From Macrostomum lignano (Eukaryota): DNA of 31,340 nt. The translations under genes and the position numbers were made by a program. The DNA lies in the NCBI GenBank assembly GCA_002269645.1, contig NIVC01002654.1, forward strand, positions 121,371 through 152,710. The letters are read 5' to 3'. Shown here piece after piece: positions 21,356 to 31,340 of the stretch. The first letter of the stretch is position 1, and the number at the start of each line of letters is the position of its first letter. Below the pieces are notes generated by a model that ran no database searches, was not told the DNA's origin, and saw only the letters and a list, made by a program, of their open reading frames with translations.

Positions 21356-21626
21356 TGAGAAAGTTATTGCGCTGAAAATAGAAAAAAATTGTATTTCAAA
21401 AGCGATGAATCGATGGTAATGTTTCGGGTGTTGCGTCCTTCTGCTTTGGTTGTCCGCGAGTTGCTACTGCTAATAAAATTCATAAGTAGTATACATATTT
21501 ACTATAAGAATAATTAGAGCTAAACTTTACAGTTATAAAGATCCGGCCACCAGCTGCCACCTCGCATGTGACTTTACTCGCATTGCATATGCTCATTCAA
21601 AAATGTCCACAGGCCATAGCAACGGG

Positions 21627-22151
21627 TCATCGGGAAGCTGCGGCGAAGGTCAACCCGTCATCTCGGCGAACCTCCGGCTCCGGCTCGGGCAGAGACGCAC
21701 CCGATTCTTCGTTGGCTTCACGCAGTCCAGCCTCCTCGCGATCGGCTTCATCGTCCTCTCCGAGTTCCTGCTCCTCCTCATAGTCTGCGTCGGCATCACA
21801 GGCGTATTTGCCGAGCTCTGCCGAGTCGGCGGCGAACAGGCTCTGGTAGGCGCCAACGAGCTGCTGGAACAGCGGCTGCTGCTGTGAGCTGTCGGCCTCG
21901 CTGTGAGCCAGAGTCGCAGTCTCCACAACGTGGCACCAAGGCGCCGAGGCTGCAGCGGCGGCAGCAGCGGCCGCGGCGGCTGCGGCAGCGGCTGAATAGG
22001 CCGACTGAGCATCCTGCTGCTGCTGCTGATGCTGTTGCTGAGAATGATGAAGATGGCTAGGATGCTGCAGATGATGCTGGCCGCCAAGGTGCTGTCTCGG
22101 ATCGTGTCTGACAGGCGATGACGCAATCATTGGTATGCCGTTCAGAGTGCG
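21627..22151 (-). CDS. ISL: Islet LIM-homeobox gene, C-terminal coding exon. It follows the acceptor cttgtcttacctctccccag|, phase 0. The translation is RTLNGIPMIASSPVRHDPRQ...polyQ, polyA...QQQPLFQQLVGAYQSLF...acidic tail, then a stop.
   Basis: LNGIPMIASSPVRHD and QPLFQQLVGAY match vertebrate ISL1 IQGMTGTPMVAASPERHD and QPAFQQLVNF as I recall them. A strong polypyrimidine acceptor is present, and the phase is continuous with the homeodomain exon. Confidence 0.75.
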   Translation of the reverse strand, partial: RTLNGIPMIASSPVRHDPRQHLGGQHHLQHPSHLHHSQQQHQQQQQDAQSAYSAAAAAAAAAAAAAAASAPWCHVVETATLAHSEADSSQQQPLFQQLVGAYQSLFAADSAELGKYACDADADYEEEQELGEDDEADREEAGLREANEESGASLPEPEPEVRRDDGLTFAAASR

Positions 22152-22230
22152 CTGGGGAGAGGTAAGACAAGCTTTCCATGCATTTTGTTTATTGCAGTTA
22201 AATATGACGCTATCATGTTAAATCTTCTCA

Positions 22231-23215
22231 GTTCCCGGTTAAGGACTCAGGATCTGCCCGAATTCAGATGAAGGCCTCAGGATCTGCTCAACTGCAGGTA
22301 AGAGACTCAGGATCTGCTCAACTGCATGTGAGGGACTCAGGACCTGCTCAGCTCCCGGTGAGGGACTCAGGACCTACTCAACTGCGGGTGAGGAACTCAG
22401 GATCTGCTCAAATTCAGGTGAGGGACTCAGGATCTGCTCAACTTCAGATGAGGAACTCAGGATCTGCTCAACTGCAGGTGAGGGACTCAGGACCTGCTCA
22501 ACTGCATGTGAGGGACTCAGGACCTGCTCAACTTCAGATGAGGAACTCAGGATCTGCTCAACTGCAGGTGAGGGACTCAGGACCTACTCAACTGCGGGTG
22601 AGGAACTCGGGATCTGCTCAAATTCAGGTGAGGGACTCAGGATCTGCTCAACTTCAGATGAGGAACTCAGGATCTGCTCAACTGCAGGTGAGGGACTCAG
22701 GACCTGCTCAACTGCATGTGAGGGACTCAGGACCTGCTCAACTTCAGATGAGGAACTCAGGATCTGCTCAACTGCATGTGAGGGACTCAGGACCTACTCA
22801 ACTGCGGGTGAGGAACTCAGGATCTGCTCAAATTCAGGTGAGGGACTCAGGATCTGCTCAACTTCAGATGAGGAACTCAGGATCTGCTCAACTGCAGGTG
22901 AGGGACTCAGGACCTGCTCAACTGCATGTGAGGGACTCAGGACCTGCTCAACTTCAGATGAGGAACTCAGGATCTGCTCAACTGCAGGTGAGGGACTCAG
23001 GACCTGCTCAACTGCGGGTGAGGGACTCAGGACCTGCTCAACTGCATGTGAGGGACTCAGGACCTGCTCAGCTCCCCGGTAAGAGACTCAGGATCTGCTC
23101 AACTGCGGGTGAGGGACTCAGGACCTGCTCAACTGCATGTGAGGGACTCAGGACCTGCTCAGCTCCCCGGTAAGAGACTCAGGATCTGCTCAACTCCCGG
23201 TGAGAGACTCAGGCT
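22231..23215 (+). repeat. 30-bp satellite array of about 32 copies, plus orientation, unit ctgctcaactgcaggtgagggactcaggac, with a higher-order pattern of variants. It lies in the Islet intron between the homeodomain and C-terminal exons.
   Basis: Direct reading. The 301-aa RDSGPAQLQV ORF is a periodicity artefact. Confidence 0.9.
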
Positions 23216-23809
23216 GCACTCCCGCACACTGAAAGCAGGTGCACTAGCCGGTCGCTGCGCAATTGTTGGTGGTGGAGTCAAAATTCGGGGGGGGGGCAAT
23301 AATAGTGAGGGCTTGGGCGAGCGTAACTAGAAAAAGATTAGCGACCGCGTCTCTTGGTCTCTTCCGGCACTGCCAGGGGTCTTGTTTGGTCAGGCCTTGC
23401 CAAACGCCTCCTTCCGCCGTCGCCCCCCCCCTCAAATCAGCCCGGCTGCTGCGGTTTCTGGGATCTGCTGCGACCCCCCCCCCCTCGGGCTAGTGGGTGG
23501 ACTCAAACAAGCTGGCTGGGGAACACGGCATAGAATCCCATTATTCAGCTATTTCAGTCGGCCAGGTGTTTACGCAGCTGAGATCTCATCCTCAGGGGGG
23601 CGTGGAGCTGCACTGTGGATTTCTGCTGCTTCTGGTTCGGCAACCTCGGGGTGGACAATTTCACTGCACCTAAGCCGACCTGCACACTGCTTGTCACTCT
23701 GTCTGTCTGCCAGTACGTAAATCAATTTTTAACTGCTATTTGGTTTTGCTATTGACGTCTCATTTCTATTAAGTTGTTCTCAGAGGAGAGTTTCCCGCCA
23801 TTAGAAAGG

Positions 23810-24300
23810 AATGAATGAATAGAATGGATTGCTAATCTAGCCAACATCACGGATGCAGGAATAGAATGGATTGCTAATCTAGCCAACATCACGGATGCAG
23901 GAATAGAATGGATTGCTAATCTAGCCAACATCACGGATGCAGGAATAGAATGGATTGCTAATCTAGCCAACATCACGGATGCAGGAATAGAATGGATTGC
24001 TAATCTAGCCAACATCACGGATGCAGGAATAGAATGGATTGCTAATCTAGCCAACATCACGGATGCAGGAATGGAATGGATTGCTAATCTAGCCAACATC
24101 ACGGATGCAGGAATAGAATGGATTGCTAATCTAGCTAACATCACGGATGCAGGAATAGAATGGATTGCTAATCTAGCCAACATCACGGATGCAGGAATGG
24201 AATGGATTGCTAATCTAGCCAACATCACGGATGCAGGAATAGAATGGATTGCTAATCTAGCCAACATCACGGATGCAGGAATAGAATGGATTTGCTAATC
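23810..24300. repeat. 42-bp minisatellite of about 11.5 copies, unit gaatagaatggattgctaatctagccaacatcacggatgcag. It lies in an Islet intron and ends 50 bp from the homeodomain exon donor.
   Basis: Direct reading. Units are nearly identical. Confidence 0.9.
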
Positions 24301-24351
24301 TGTCTTATAAATAATGAACAAAAAAGATTACCTTCTGATAGACATCCTCAC

Positions 24352-24731
24352 CTTCTGCTGCTGGTGCTCCATCTGTTTCATGAGCAGCTGTTTCTTCTTG
24401 TCCTTGCACCGCTTGTTCTGAAACCAGACCCTGATGACTCGCGGGCTCAGGCCGGTCATCTCCACCAGCTGCTCCTTCATCAGCGCGTCCGGCCGAGGAT
24501 TGGCCGCGTAGCAGGTGCGCAGCGTGTGCAGCTGCTTCTCGTTCAGCACCGTCCGGACTCGGGTCGCTTTGCTGCTGTCCTTGCCGCCGCCGCCGCCGCC
24601 GCCACAGACGGTTTTTCCGCGCTTCCCTCCGCCTGCGGCGGCGCCACTTGAAGCGCCGGTTCCACTGCCGACACCGTTGGACACAGCAGGCTCCGACGCC
24701 GTTGACTGACTCGCTGAATCCTCGTCGTTGC
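24352..24731 (-). CDS. ISL: Islet LIM-homeobox gene, homeodomain exon. It follows the acceptor aacctgataaacag|, starts in phase 1 with 2 bases, and ends at the donor CAGAAG|gtgagg, phase 0. It encodes ...[72 protein letters not shown]
   Basis: The homeodomain is identical over about 57 residues to vertebrate ISL1 ([57 protein letters not shown]) as I recall it. The ORF-track Met at 24684 is actually a GTG. Confidence 0.9.
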
Positions 24732-25145
24732 CTGTTTATCAGGTTAAGGGAGCGAGTCGTACGTTTCCCCAAATCAGGAGCATCTTGCATCATTTGCCGT
24801 CTTGTTCGCCAACAATATGTATTAAGCCCGAAAGGAAATGGCGCCCAGCTACCGGTCTGAGGGAATTTCGAATAGAAAAATCATTGTCCGCCCGCCAATA
24901 CGAGGCCTCCGAGATCGCGTCCTGTCCTGTCTTGTCTTGTCTTGGCTTGTCTTGGCCTGTCCACCTTAATCCCTCGCTGGTGGGCTGGCACAGAAGCAGC
25001 AACAGCAGCACAGCAAGAGAAGGCAGCAGTTGGAGCAGCAGACGCCGCCACGGCCGCCGCCACCAAGTCCCGCCAGCAGACGAGGAGTCTCCTCCATCCC
25101 CCGTCTCCCCAGCAGAAAGTGGATGCCTAAAAGTATTAAAGAAAG

Positions 25146-25163
25146 AACACACACACACACAAA
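25146..25163. repeat. (AC)n microsatellite.
   Basis: acacacacacacacaaac. Confidence 0.8.
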
Positions 25164-25579
25164 CAGGCACGCACGACTAAACGTCTAGTCTTGCTTTTCT
25201 GTATGTCGTCTGATCCTTTAGACTGTGGGGTGGGTGGGTGGTCCTGTCAGGCCCTTGGGGTGGGGCTCTTGCTAGGGCACGAATGGGGGTCCCGACTGCC
25301 TGGCCCCCTGCTACAAAGAAGCCCATTAATCACCCCGGGAAGTCCGCCTTTTTCAAGCCGGGGCGAAACGACGGTGCAGAGGATAACCTGCCCGGTCCAT
25401 CCCCACACTGCTTTCCCAGATCCCACTTGTCAGTCAGGCAGTAAAGGCCAAATGTTCATGTAGGCATGACAATGGCCTGCTTTATCAACTGGACATTGGA
25501 GGTAGCTGAACCACCTGAATGCGCTCGGCAGCACAACTGAGAATTTTCAGAAATTTCACTGAGATTAAGGTTTCTTTAA

Positions 25580-26338
25580 CACAATCTGCGGACACAATCT
25601 AGGCAAATCTGCAGACACAATCTTGACATAGCTGGAGACACAATCTTGACATAGCTGGAGACACAATCTTGACAAATCTGCAGACACAATCTCGGCAAAT
25701 CTGCAGACACAATCTCGGCAAATCTGCAGACACAATCTAGGCAAATCTGCAGGCACAATCTCGGCAAATCTGCAGACACAATCTTGACAAATCTGCAGAC
25801 ACAATCTCGGCAAATCTGCAGACACAATCTCGGCAAATCTGCAGGCACAATCTCGGCAAATCTGCAGACACAATCTTGACAAATCTGCAGACACAATCTC
25901 GGCAAATCTGCAGACACAATCTTGACAAATCTGCAGACACAATCTTGACAAATCTGCAGACACAATCTTGACAAATCTGCAGACACAATCTTGACAAATC
26001 TGCAGACACAATCTCGGCAAATCTGCAGACACAATCTTGACAAATCTGCAGACACAATCTAGGCAAATCTGCAGGCACAATCTCGGCAAATCTGCAGACA
26101 CAATCTCGGCAAATCTGCAGACACAATCTAGGCAAATCTGCAGACAATCTCGGCAAATCTGCAGACACAATCTAGGCAAATCTGCAGGCACAATCTCGGC
26201 AAATCTGCAGACACAATCTCGGCAAATCTGCAGACACAATCTTGACAAATCTGCAGACACAATCTCGGCATATCTGCAGACACAATCTCGGCAAATCTGC
26301 AGACACAATCTTGACAAATCTGCAGACACAATCTCGAC
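25580..26338. repeat. 23-bp minisatellite of about 32 copies, unit caaatctgcagacacaatctcgg, with cttgac/ctaggc/ctcggc variants. It lies in the Islet intron between the LIM2 and homeodomain exons.
   Basis: Direct reading. The minus-strand ORFs rich in RLCLQICRDCVC are artefacts because 3 x 23 = 69. Confidence 0.9.
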
Positions 26339-26992
26339 ACAGCCACAGACACAAGCTTAGCACAAGTCACAGACACAAGCTTAGCACAAGCCACAGACAC
26401 AAGTTTAGCACAAGTCACAGACACAAGCTTAGCACAAGTCACAGACACAAGCTTAGCACAAGTCACAGACAAGTTTAGCACAAGTCACAGACACAAGCTT
26501 AGCACAAGCCACAGACACAAGTTTAGCACAAGTCACAGACACAAGCTTAGCACAAGTCACAGACACAAGCTTAGCACAAGTCACAGACACAAGCTTAGCA
26601 CAAGTCACAGACAAGTTTAGCACAAGCCACAGACACAAGTTTAGCACAAGTCACAGACACAAGCTTAGCACAAGTCACAGACACAAGCTTAGCACAAGTC
26701 ACAGACAAGTTTAGCACAAGTCACAGACACAAGCTTAGCACAAGTCACAGACAAGTTTAGCACAAGCCACAGACACAAGTTTAGCACAAGTCACAGACAC
26801 AAGCTTAGCACAAGTCACAGACAAGTTTAGCACAAGCCACAGACACAAGTTTAGCACAAGTCACAGACACAAGCTTAGCACAAGCCACAGACACAAGTTT
26901 AGCACAAGTCACAGACACAAGCTTAGCACAAGTCAGAGACAAGTTTAGCACAAGCCACAGACACAAGTTTAGCACAAGCCACAGACACAAGC
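26339..26992. repeat. 24-bp minisatellite of about 27 copies, unit acacaagcttagcacaagtcacag, with 21-bp deletion variants. It is directly contiguous with the 23-bp array and shares the CAGACACAA core.
   Basis: Direct reading. The +-strand ORF translating to repeated HRHKLSTS is an artefact. Confidence 0.9.
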
Positions 26993-27570
26993 TCAGAAGT
27001 CTCAATGCACCCCATATGCCAATATTCTATGATTGAGACCATCGAGCTTTTGCAGTCAAATTGAAATAGGAATCCTAGCGCCGACTATTCGCTATCGCAA
27101 TCCTGTTTGAACTGCAAAAGCCAGCGCTGAATCTCAGTCCAGACCTCCTCAGGATCGTGACTAAACCGCGATTTCAAAGTGACGGCCGTGCTCTAGCCAA
27201 AAATGAAATTGGAAAGTTTTATAAAGTCAAGTTGGGGATATAAAATATTGGGATTTAGATTGGCGTGGTGGGGGGGGGGATAATCTCGACGCGAGTGGCT
27301 CTCGGCAGATGCCAGATATAAACCCGGGACTTCACAAATTATCTGCCCATAAGAGGCTCTTCATGCTGATGCAATTATCAAACACTTCTCTTATCAAATT
27401 GATGGGAAGCGATGAGAACCTTCTGTTTTGGCAGTTTACCCTCAAATTGCATCTGCAGGGCCTACTTGATGTTGGCTGACAGTTTCAGGTCAATAAAATT
27501 CAATTTTCACCTATTGATAGATGAAGCTGTCAAATTGAAACCATCATTTTGTTGTCAATCTGCTGTCTGC

Positions 27571-27935
27571 TATCAACCTGAAGCTATCAACCTGAAGCTA
27601 TCAACCTGAAGCTATCAACCTGAAGCTATCAACCTGAAGCTATCAACCTGAAGCTATCAACCTGAAGCTATCAACCTGAAGCTATCAACCTGAAGCTATC
27701 AACCTGAAGCTATCAACCTGAAGCTATCAACCTGAAGCTATCAACCTGAAGCTATCAACCTGAAGCTATCAACCTGAAGCTATCAACCTGAAGCTATCAA
27801 CCTGAAGCTATCAACCTGAAGCTATCAACCTGAAGCTATCAACCTGAAGCTATCAACCTGAAGCTATCAACCTGAAGCTATCAACCTGAAGCTATCAACC
27901 TGAAGCTATCAACCTGAAGCTATCAACCTGAAGCT
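27571..27935. repeat. 14-bp tandem repeat of about 26 near-perfect copies, unit tatcaacctgaagc.
   Basis: Direct reading. Confidence 0.9.
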
Positions 27936-28165
27936 AGCCTGAAACTAGCAACCTGAAGCTAACCTGAAACTAAAACCTGAAGCTAGCCTGAAACTGTCAA
28001 CCTGAAGCTAGCCTGAAACTGTCAACCTGAAGCTAGCCTGAAACTGTCAACCTGAAGCTAGCCTGAAACTGTCAACCTAAAGCTAGCCTGAAACTGTCAA
28101 CCTGAAGCTAGCCTGAAACTGTCAACCTGAAGCTAGCCTGAAACTGTCAACCTGAAGCTAGCAAC
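27936..28165. repeat. 25-bp minisatellite of about 8 copies, unit gaagctagcctgaaactgtcaacct. It is derived from and contiguous with the 14-bp unit.
   Basis: Direct reading. Confidence 0.85.
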
Positions 28166-28216
28166 TGTACATTCTTCATCTGTACTGTCACAAGCCCAGC
28201 GGAGCCAATTGCTCAC

Positions 28217-28554
28217 ACTCCATACCCGGGTGCAGCTGGTTCACCCCGCTGCTGCCAATGCTGTCGCCCGGGCTGCCAACGCCGACAATGTGCGACGGCG
28301 GCTGCTGTTGCGGCGACCTCTGCGTTGTCGACGACGCGTCGACGAAATCTCCAGTGAGCAGCGCGTCAAAGTCGGCCCGACAGTAGATGCCGCCGTCGTC
28401 GCGTCTAACGCCGAATTCTTCGCCTGGAACCAGCTGCCTCGCGCAGGCCTGGCAGCGGAAGCAGGTCACGTGATAGAGCCGGGACTGGGCGCGCATCACC
28501 GGCTCGGACTTGACCAGGGCGACGCTGCACTTGGCGCACCGGCTGCCGAACAGC
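28217..28554 (-). CDS. ISL: Islet LIM-homeobox gene, LIM2 exon. It follows the acceptor ctctcacctctccag|, phase 2, and encodes (R)LFGSRCAKCSVALVKSEPVMRAQSRLYHVTCFRCQACARQLVPGEEFGVRRDDGGIYCRADFDALL... The donor is either GAGT|gtgagc, giving a 3' end of 28217, or CCGG|gtatgg, giving 28226. Both are phase 1 and compatible with the homeodomain exon.
   Basis: Matches the ISL1 LIM2 region [63 protein letters not shown] as I recall it. Exon phase arithmetic was checked by hand. The 207-aa ORF 28188..28811 contains it, and its upstream part is minisatellite. Confidence 0.8.
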
Positions 28555-28614
28555 CTGGAGAGGTGAGAGCGAGGCGAGCGGTTTGAGTGAGGGGAGAGGG
28601 TAGGCAAAGGGAAT

Positions 28615-28838
28615 GGAGATGATGCAGAGGAGAGGGCGGAGATGATGCAGAGGAGAGGGCGGAGATGATGCAGAGGAGAGGGCGGAGATGATGCAGAGGA
28701 GAGGGCGGAGATGATGCAGAGGAGAGGGCGGAGATGATGCAGAGGAGAGGGCGGAGATGATGCATCGGAGAGGTCGGAGATGATGCGGAGGAGAGGTCGG
28801 AGATGATGCATCGGAGAGGTCGGAGATGATGCGGAGGA
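28615..28838. repeat. 23-bp minisatellite of about 9.5 copies, unit ggagatgatgcagaggagagggc. It starts about 60 bp upstream, in the intron, of the Islet LIM2 exon acceptor.
   Basis: gatgcagagg at 28621 and 28644 give a 23-bp period. Confidence 0.9.
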
Positions 28839-29439
28839 AAGACGATAAAAAAATCGTCTCTAAATTTTTCCCAATTAGCTCGTACTGAGAGAATTTTTAG
28901 TGAGACAGCAGGGAGACGGTGAAGGATGGGATAAAAGTAAACGGACATTCGATAGGGTATTTATCGTTCTGCGTTGTGAGATACGCGTTCATTTGAATAG
29001 AGATATCCACAATCTACATGGACTTGGTGGTCCATGACTGGCGAGTCCAGGTCTACGTAGCAGAGGGCAGAGGCCCTTATCCACTTAAGACTTCCCCTTT
29101 CCTATAAGGAGTTTGGCGCAGCGCATGAGGTAAGGGAGGCAGGCAGATGAGCCGGTCTGTAAGCTCGTGCATGTTCTCTCGTTTGTATGCCGCATGCCCC
29201 CCAGGAAGGCGGAAGCGTTTTTCAATGGCCCAGACTGTGTAGGGTCACCTCCGGTATTTCTGAGTACAGTTGCATGCTGCAGCTGGGTCTCCAAGATGCT
29301 TTTGCTCCATCGTTTGGCAATTTTAGAGGAGAAAGCGAGTGTCCATTTTGTTTGCCTCACGGCATCGGGGCCTGGGGGATGCGTGGGCTGAAGGCGTGAA
29401 AAGTTTCTAAACTATAAGATGGCTAAGCTCAGACTATAT

Positions 29440-31340
29440 GCTCATGCTAATACCCGATGACTACTTATTGATCATGCTCATAATACCACATGAGTATTAA
29501 TTGATCATGCTCATAATACCATATGACTATCAATGATCATGCTCATAATACCATATGACTATTCAATGATCATGCTCATAATATCAGATGACTATTCAAT
29601 GATCATGCTCATAATACCAGATGACTATTCAATGATCATGCTCATAATACAGATGACTATTCAATGATCATGCACATAATACCAGATGACTATTCAATGA
29701 TCATGCTCATAATACCAGATGACTATTCAATGATCATGCTCATAATATCAGATGACTATTCAATGATCATGCTCATAATACCAGATGACTATTCAATGAT
29801 CATGCTCACAATACCAGATGACTATTCAATGATCATGCTCATAATACCAGATGAGTATTAATTGATCATGCTCATAATACCATATGACTATTCAATGATC
29901 ATGCTCATAATATCAGATGACTATTCAATGATCATGCTCATAATATCAGATGACTATTCAATGATCATGCTCATAATACCATATGACTATTCAATGATCA
30001 TGCTCATAATACCAGATGACTATTCAATGATCATGCTCATAATATCAGATGACTATTCAATGATCATGCTCATAATACCAGATGACTATTCAATGATCAT
30101 GCTCACAATACCAGATGACTATTCAATGATCATGCTCATAATACCAGATGAGTATTAATTGATCATGCTCATAATACCATATGACTATTCAATGATCATG
30201 CTCATAATATCAGATGACTATTCAATGATCATGCTCATAATATCAGATGACTATTCAATGATCATGCTCATAATACATATGACTATTCAATGATCATGCT
30301 CATAATACCAGATGACTATTCAATGATCATGCTCATAATACCAGATGAGTATTAATTGATCATGCTCATAATACCATATGACTATTCAATGACCATGCTC
30401 ATAATACCATATGACTATTCAATGATCATGCTCATAATACCAGATGAGTATTCAATGATCATGCTCATAATACCAGATGATATTCAATGATCATGCTCAT
30501 AATACCAGATGACTATTCAATGATCATGCTCATAATACCATATGACTATTCAATGACCATGCTCATAATACCATATGACTATTCAATGATCATGCTCATA
30601 ATACCATATGACTATTCAATGATCATGCTCATAATACCAGATGACTATTCAATGATCATGCTCATAATACCAGATGACTATTCAATGATCATGCTCATAA
30701 TACCAGATGACTATTCAATGATCATGCTCATAATACCAGATGACTATTCATGATCATGCTCATATTACCATGACTATTCAATGATCATGCTCATAATACC
30801 ATATGACTATTCAATGATCATGCTCATAATACCATATGACTATTTCAATGATCATGCTCATAATACCAGATGACTATTCAATGATCATGCTCATAATACC
30901 ATATGACTATTCAATGACCAGCTCATAATACCATATGACTATTCAATGATCATGGCTCATAATACAGATGACTATTCAATGATCATGTCATAATACAGAT
31001 GACTATTCAATGATCATGCTCATAATACCAGATGACTATTCAATGATCATGCTCATAATACCAGATGACTATTCAATGATCATGCTCATAATACCAGATG
31101 ACTATTCAATGATCATGCTCATATTACCATGACTATTCAATGATCATGCTCATAATACCTATGACTATTCAATGATCATGCTCATAATACCATATGACTA
31201 TTTCAATGATCATGCTCATAATACCAGATGACTATTCAATGATCATGCTCATAATACCAGATGACTATTCAATGATCATGCTCATATTACCATGACTATT
31301 CAATGATCATGCTCATAATACCATATGACTATTCAATGAT
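29440..31340. repeat. 33-bp satellite of about 58 copies, unit accagatgactattcaatgatcatgctcataat, with ccag/ccat/tcag variants and occasional 1-bp indels. It runs off the window end and presumably lies in the Islet intron upstream of LIM2.
   Basis: accagatgac at 29681 and 29714 give a 33-bp period. The MIMLIIPDDYS ORFs are artefacts. Confidence 0.9.

Noticed and set aside
24305-24793. 162-aa minus ORF in an alternative frame over the homeodomain exon.
   Set aside because: It is an Arg-rich out-of-frame translation. The frame giving the perfect Islet homeodomain is the real one.
28188-28811. Treating the whole 207-aa ORF as one exon.
   Set aside because: Upstream of 28554 the ORF runs through the 23-bp minisatellite, giving HHLRPLLCIISALSSASSPPSPL repeats. 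A strong acceptor (tctccag) sits at the start of the LIM2 homology.
19740-31340. Long ORFs over tandem arrays: 19740..20531, 22268..23173, 23749..24270, 24071..24298, 25565..26329, 26037..26647, 29664..30753 and others.
   Set aside because: Unit lengths (30, 42, 24 and 33 bp, and 23 bp x 3) are multiples of 3 and stop-free, so they give perfectly periodic pseudo-proteins. They are not coding.
18949-31340. CRISPR-like arrays or a prokaryotic defence island.
   Set aside because: Repeat units are directly contiguous with no unique spacers. The surrounding genes are spliced metazoan genes (Islet, KCNMB-like, nucleolin-like). There are no cas-like ORFs.

Overview
This window is metazoan nuclear DNA, not prokaryotic. 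It has spliced genes with GT..AG introns, tRNA-derived SINEs, a foldback-type DNA transposon and an unusually high density of tandem minisatellites. Going 5' to 3': (1) 1..777, an open frame running in from the window edge and ending at 777, product unknown. (2) 1344..3767 (+), an intronless nucleolin-like gene whose N-terminus carries near-perfect coding tandem repeats. (3) 5721..6081, a tRNA-derived SINE with 13-bp target-site duplications. (4) 10596..11980 (+) and 15878..17146 (+), two tandem two-exon paralogs encoding two-TM proteins that resemble BK-channel beta subunits (KCNMB-like). The first is directly preceded by a 45-bp minisatellite and the second has a SINE in its intron. (5) 13004..14352, a foldback-like DNA element with nested inverted repeats and a helix-turn-helix-like ORF remnant. 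It abuts a truncated SINE copy. (6) 17948..19403 (-), a putative two-exon gene of unknown function. (7) 21627..28554 (-), three exons of an Islet LIM-homeobox gene (LIM2, homeodomain, C-terminal). Its homeodomain is identical over about 57 residues to vertebrate ISL1 as I recall it. The LIM1 and first exons lie beyond the window end. The Islet introns and 3' flank are almost saturated with at least 12 distinct tandem arrays, with units of 14, 15, 21, 23, 23, 24, 25, 30, 33 and 42 bp. The 30-bp satellite occurs in three arrays in both orientations. ORF-track entries from these arrays are periodicity artefacts. No rRNA, CRISPR or standalone tRNA genes were found. All assignments are from reading the sequence and recalled protein similarity; no searches were run.
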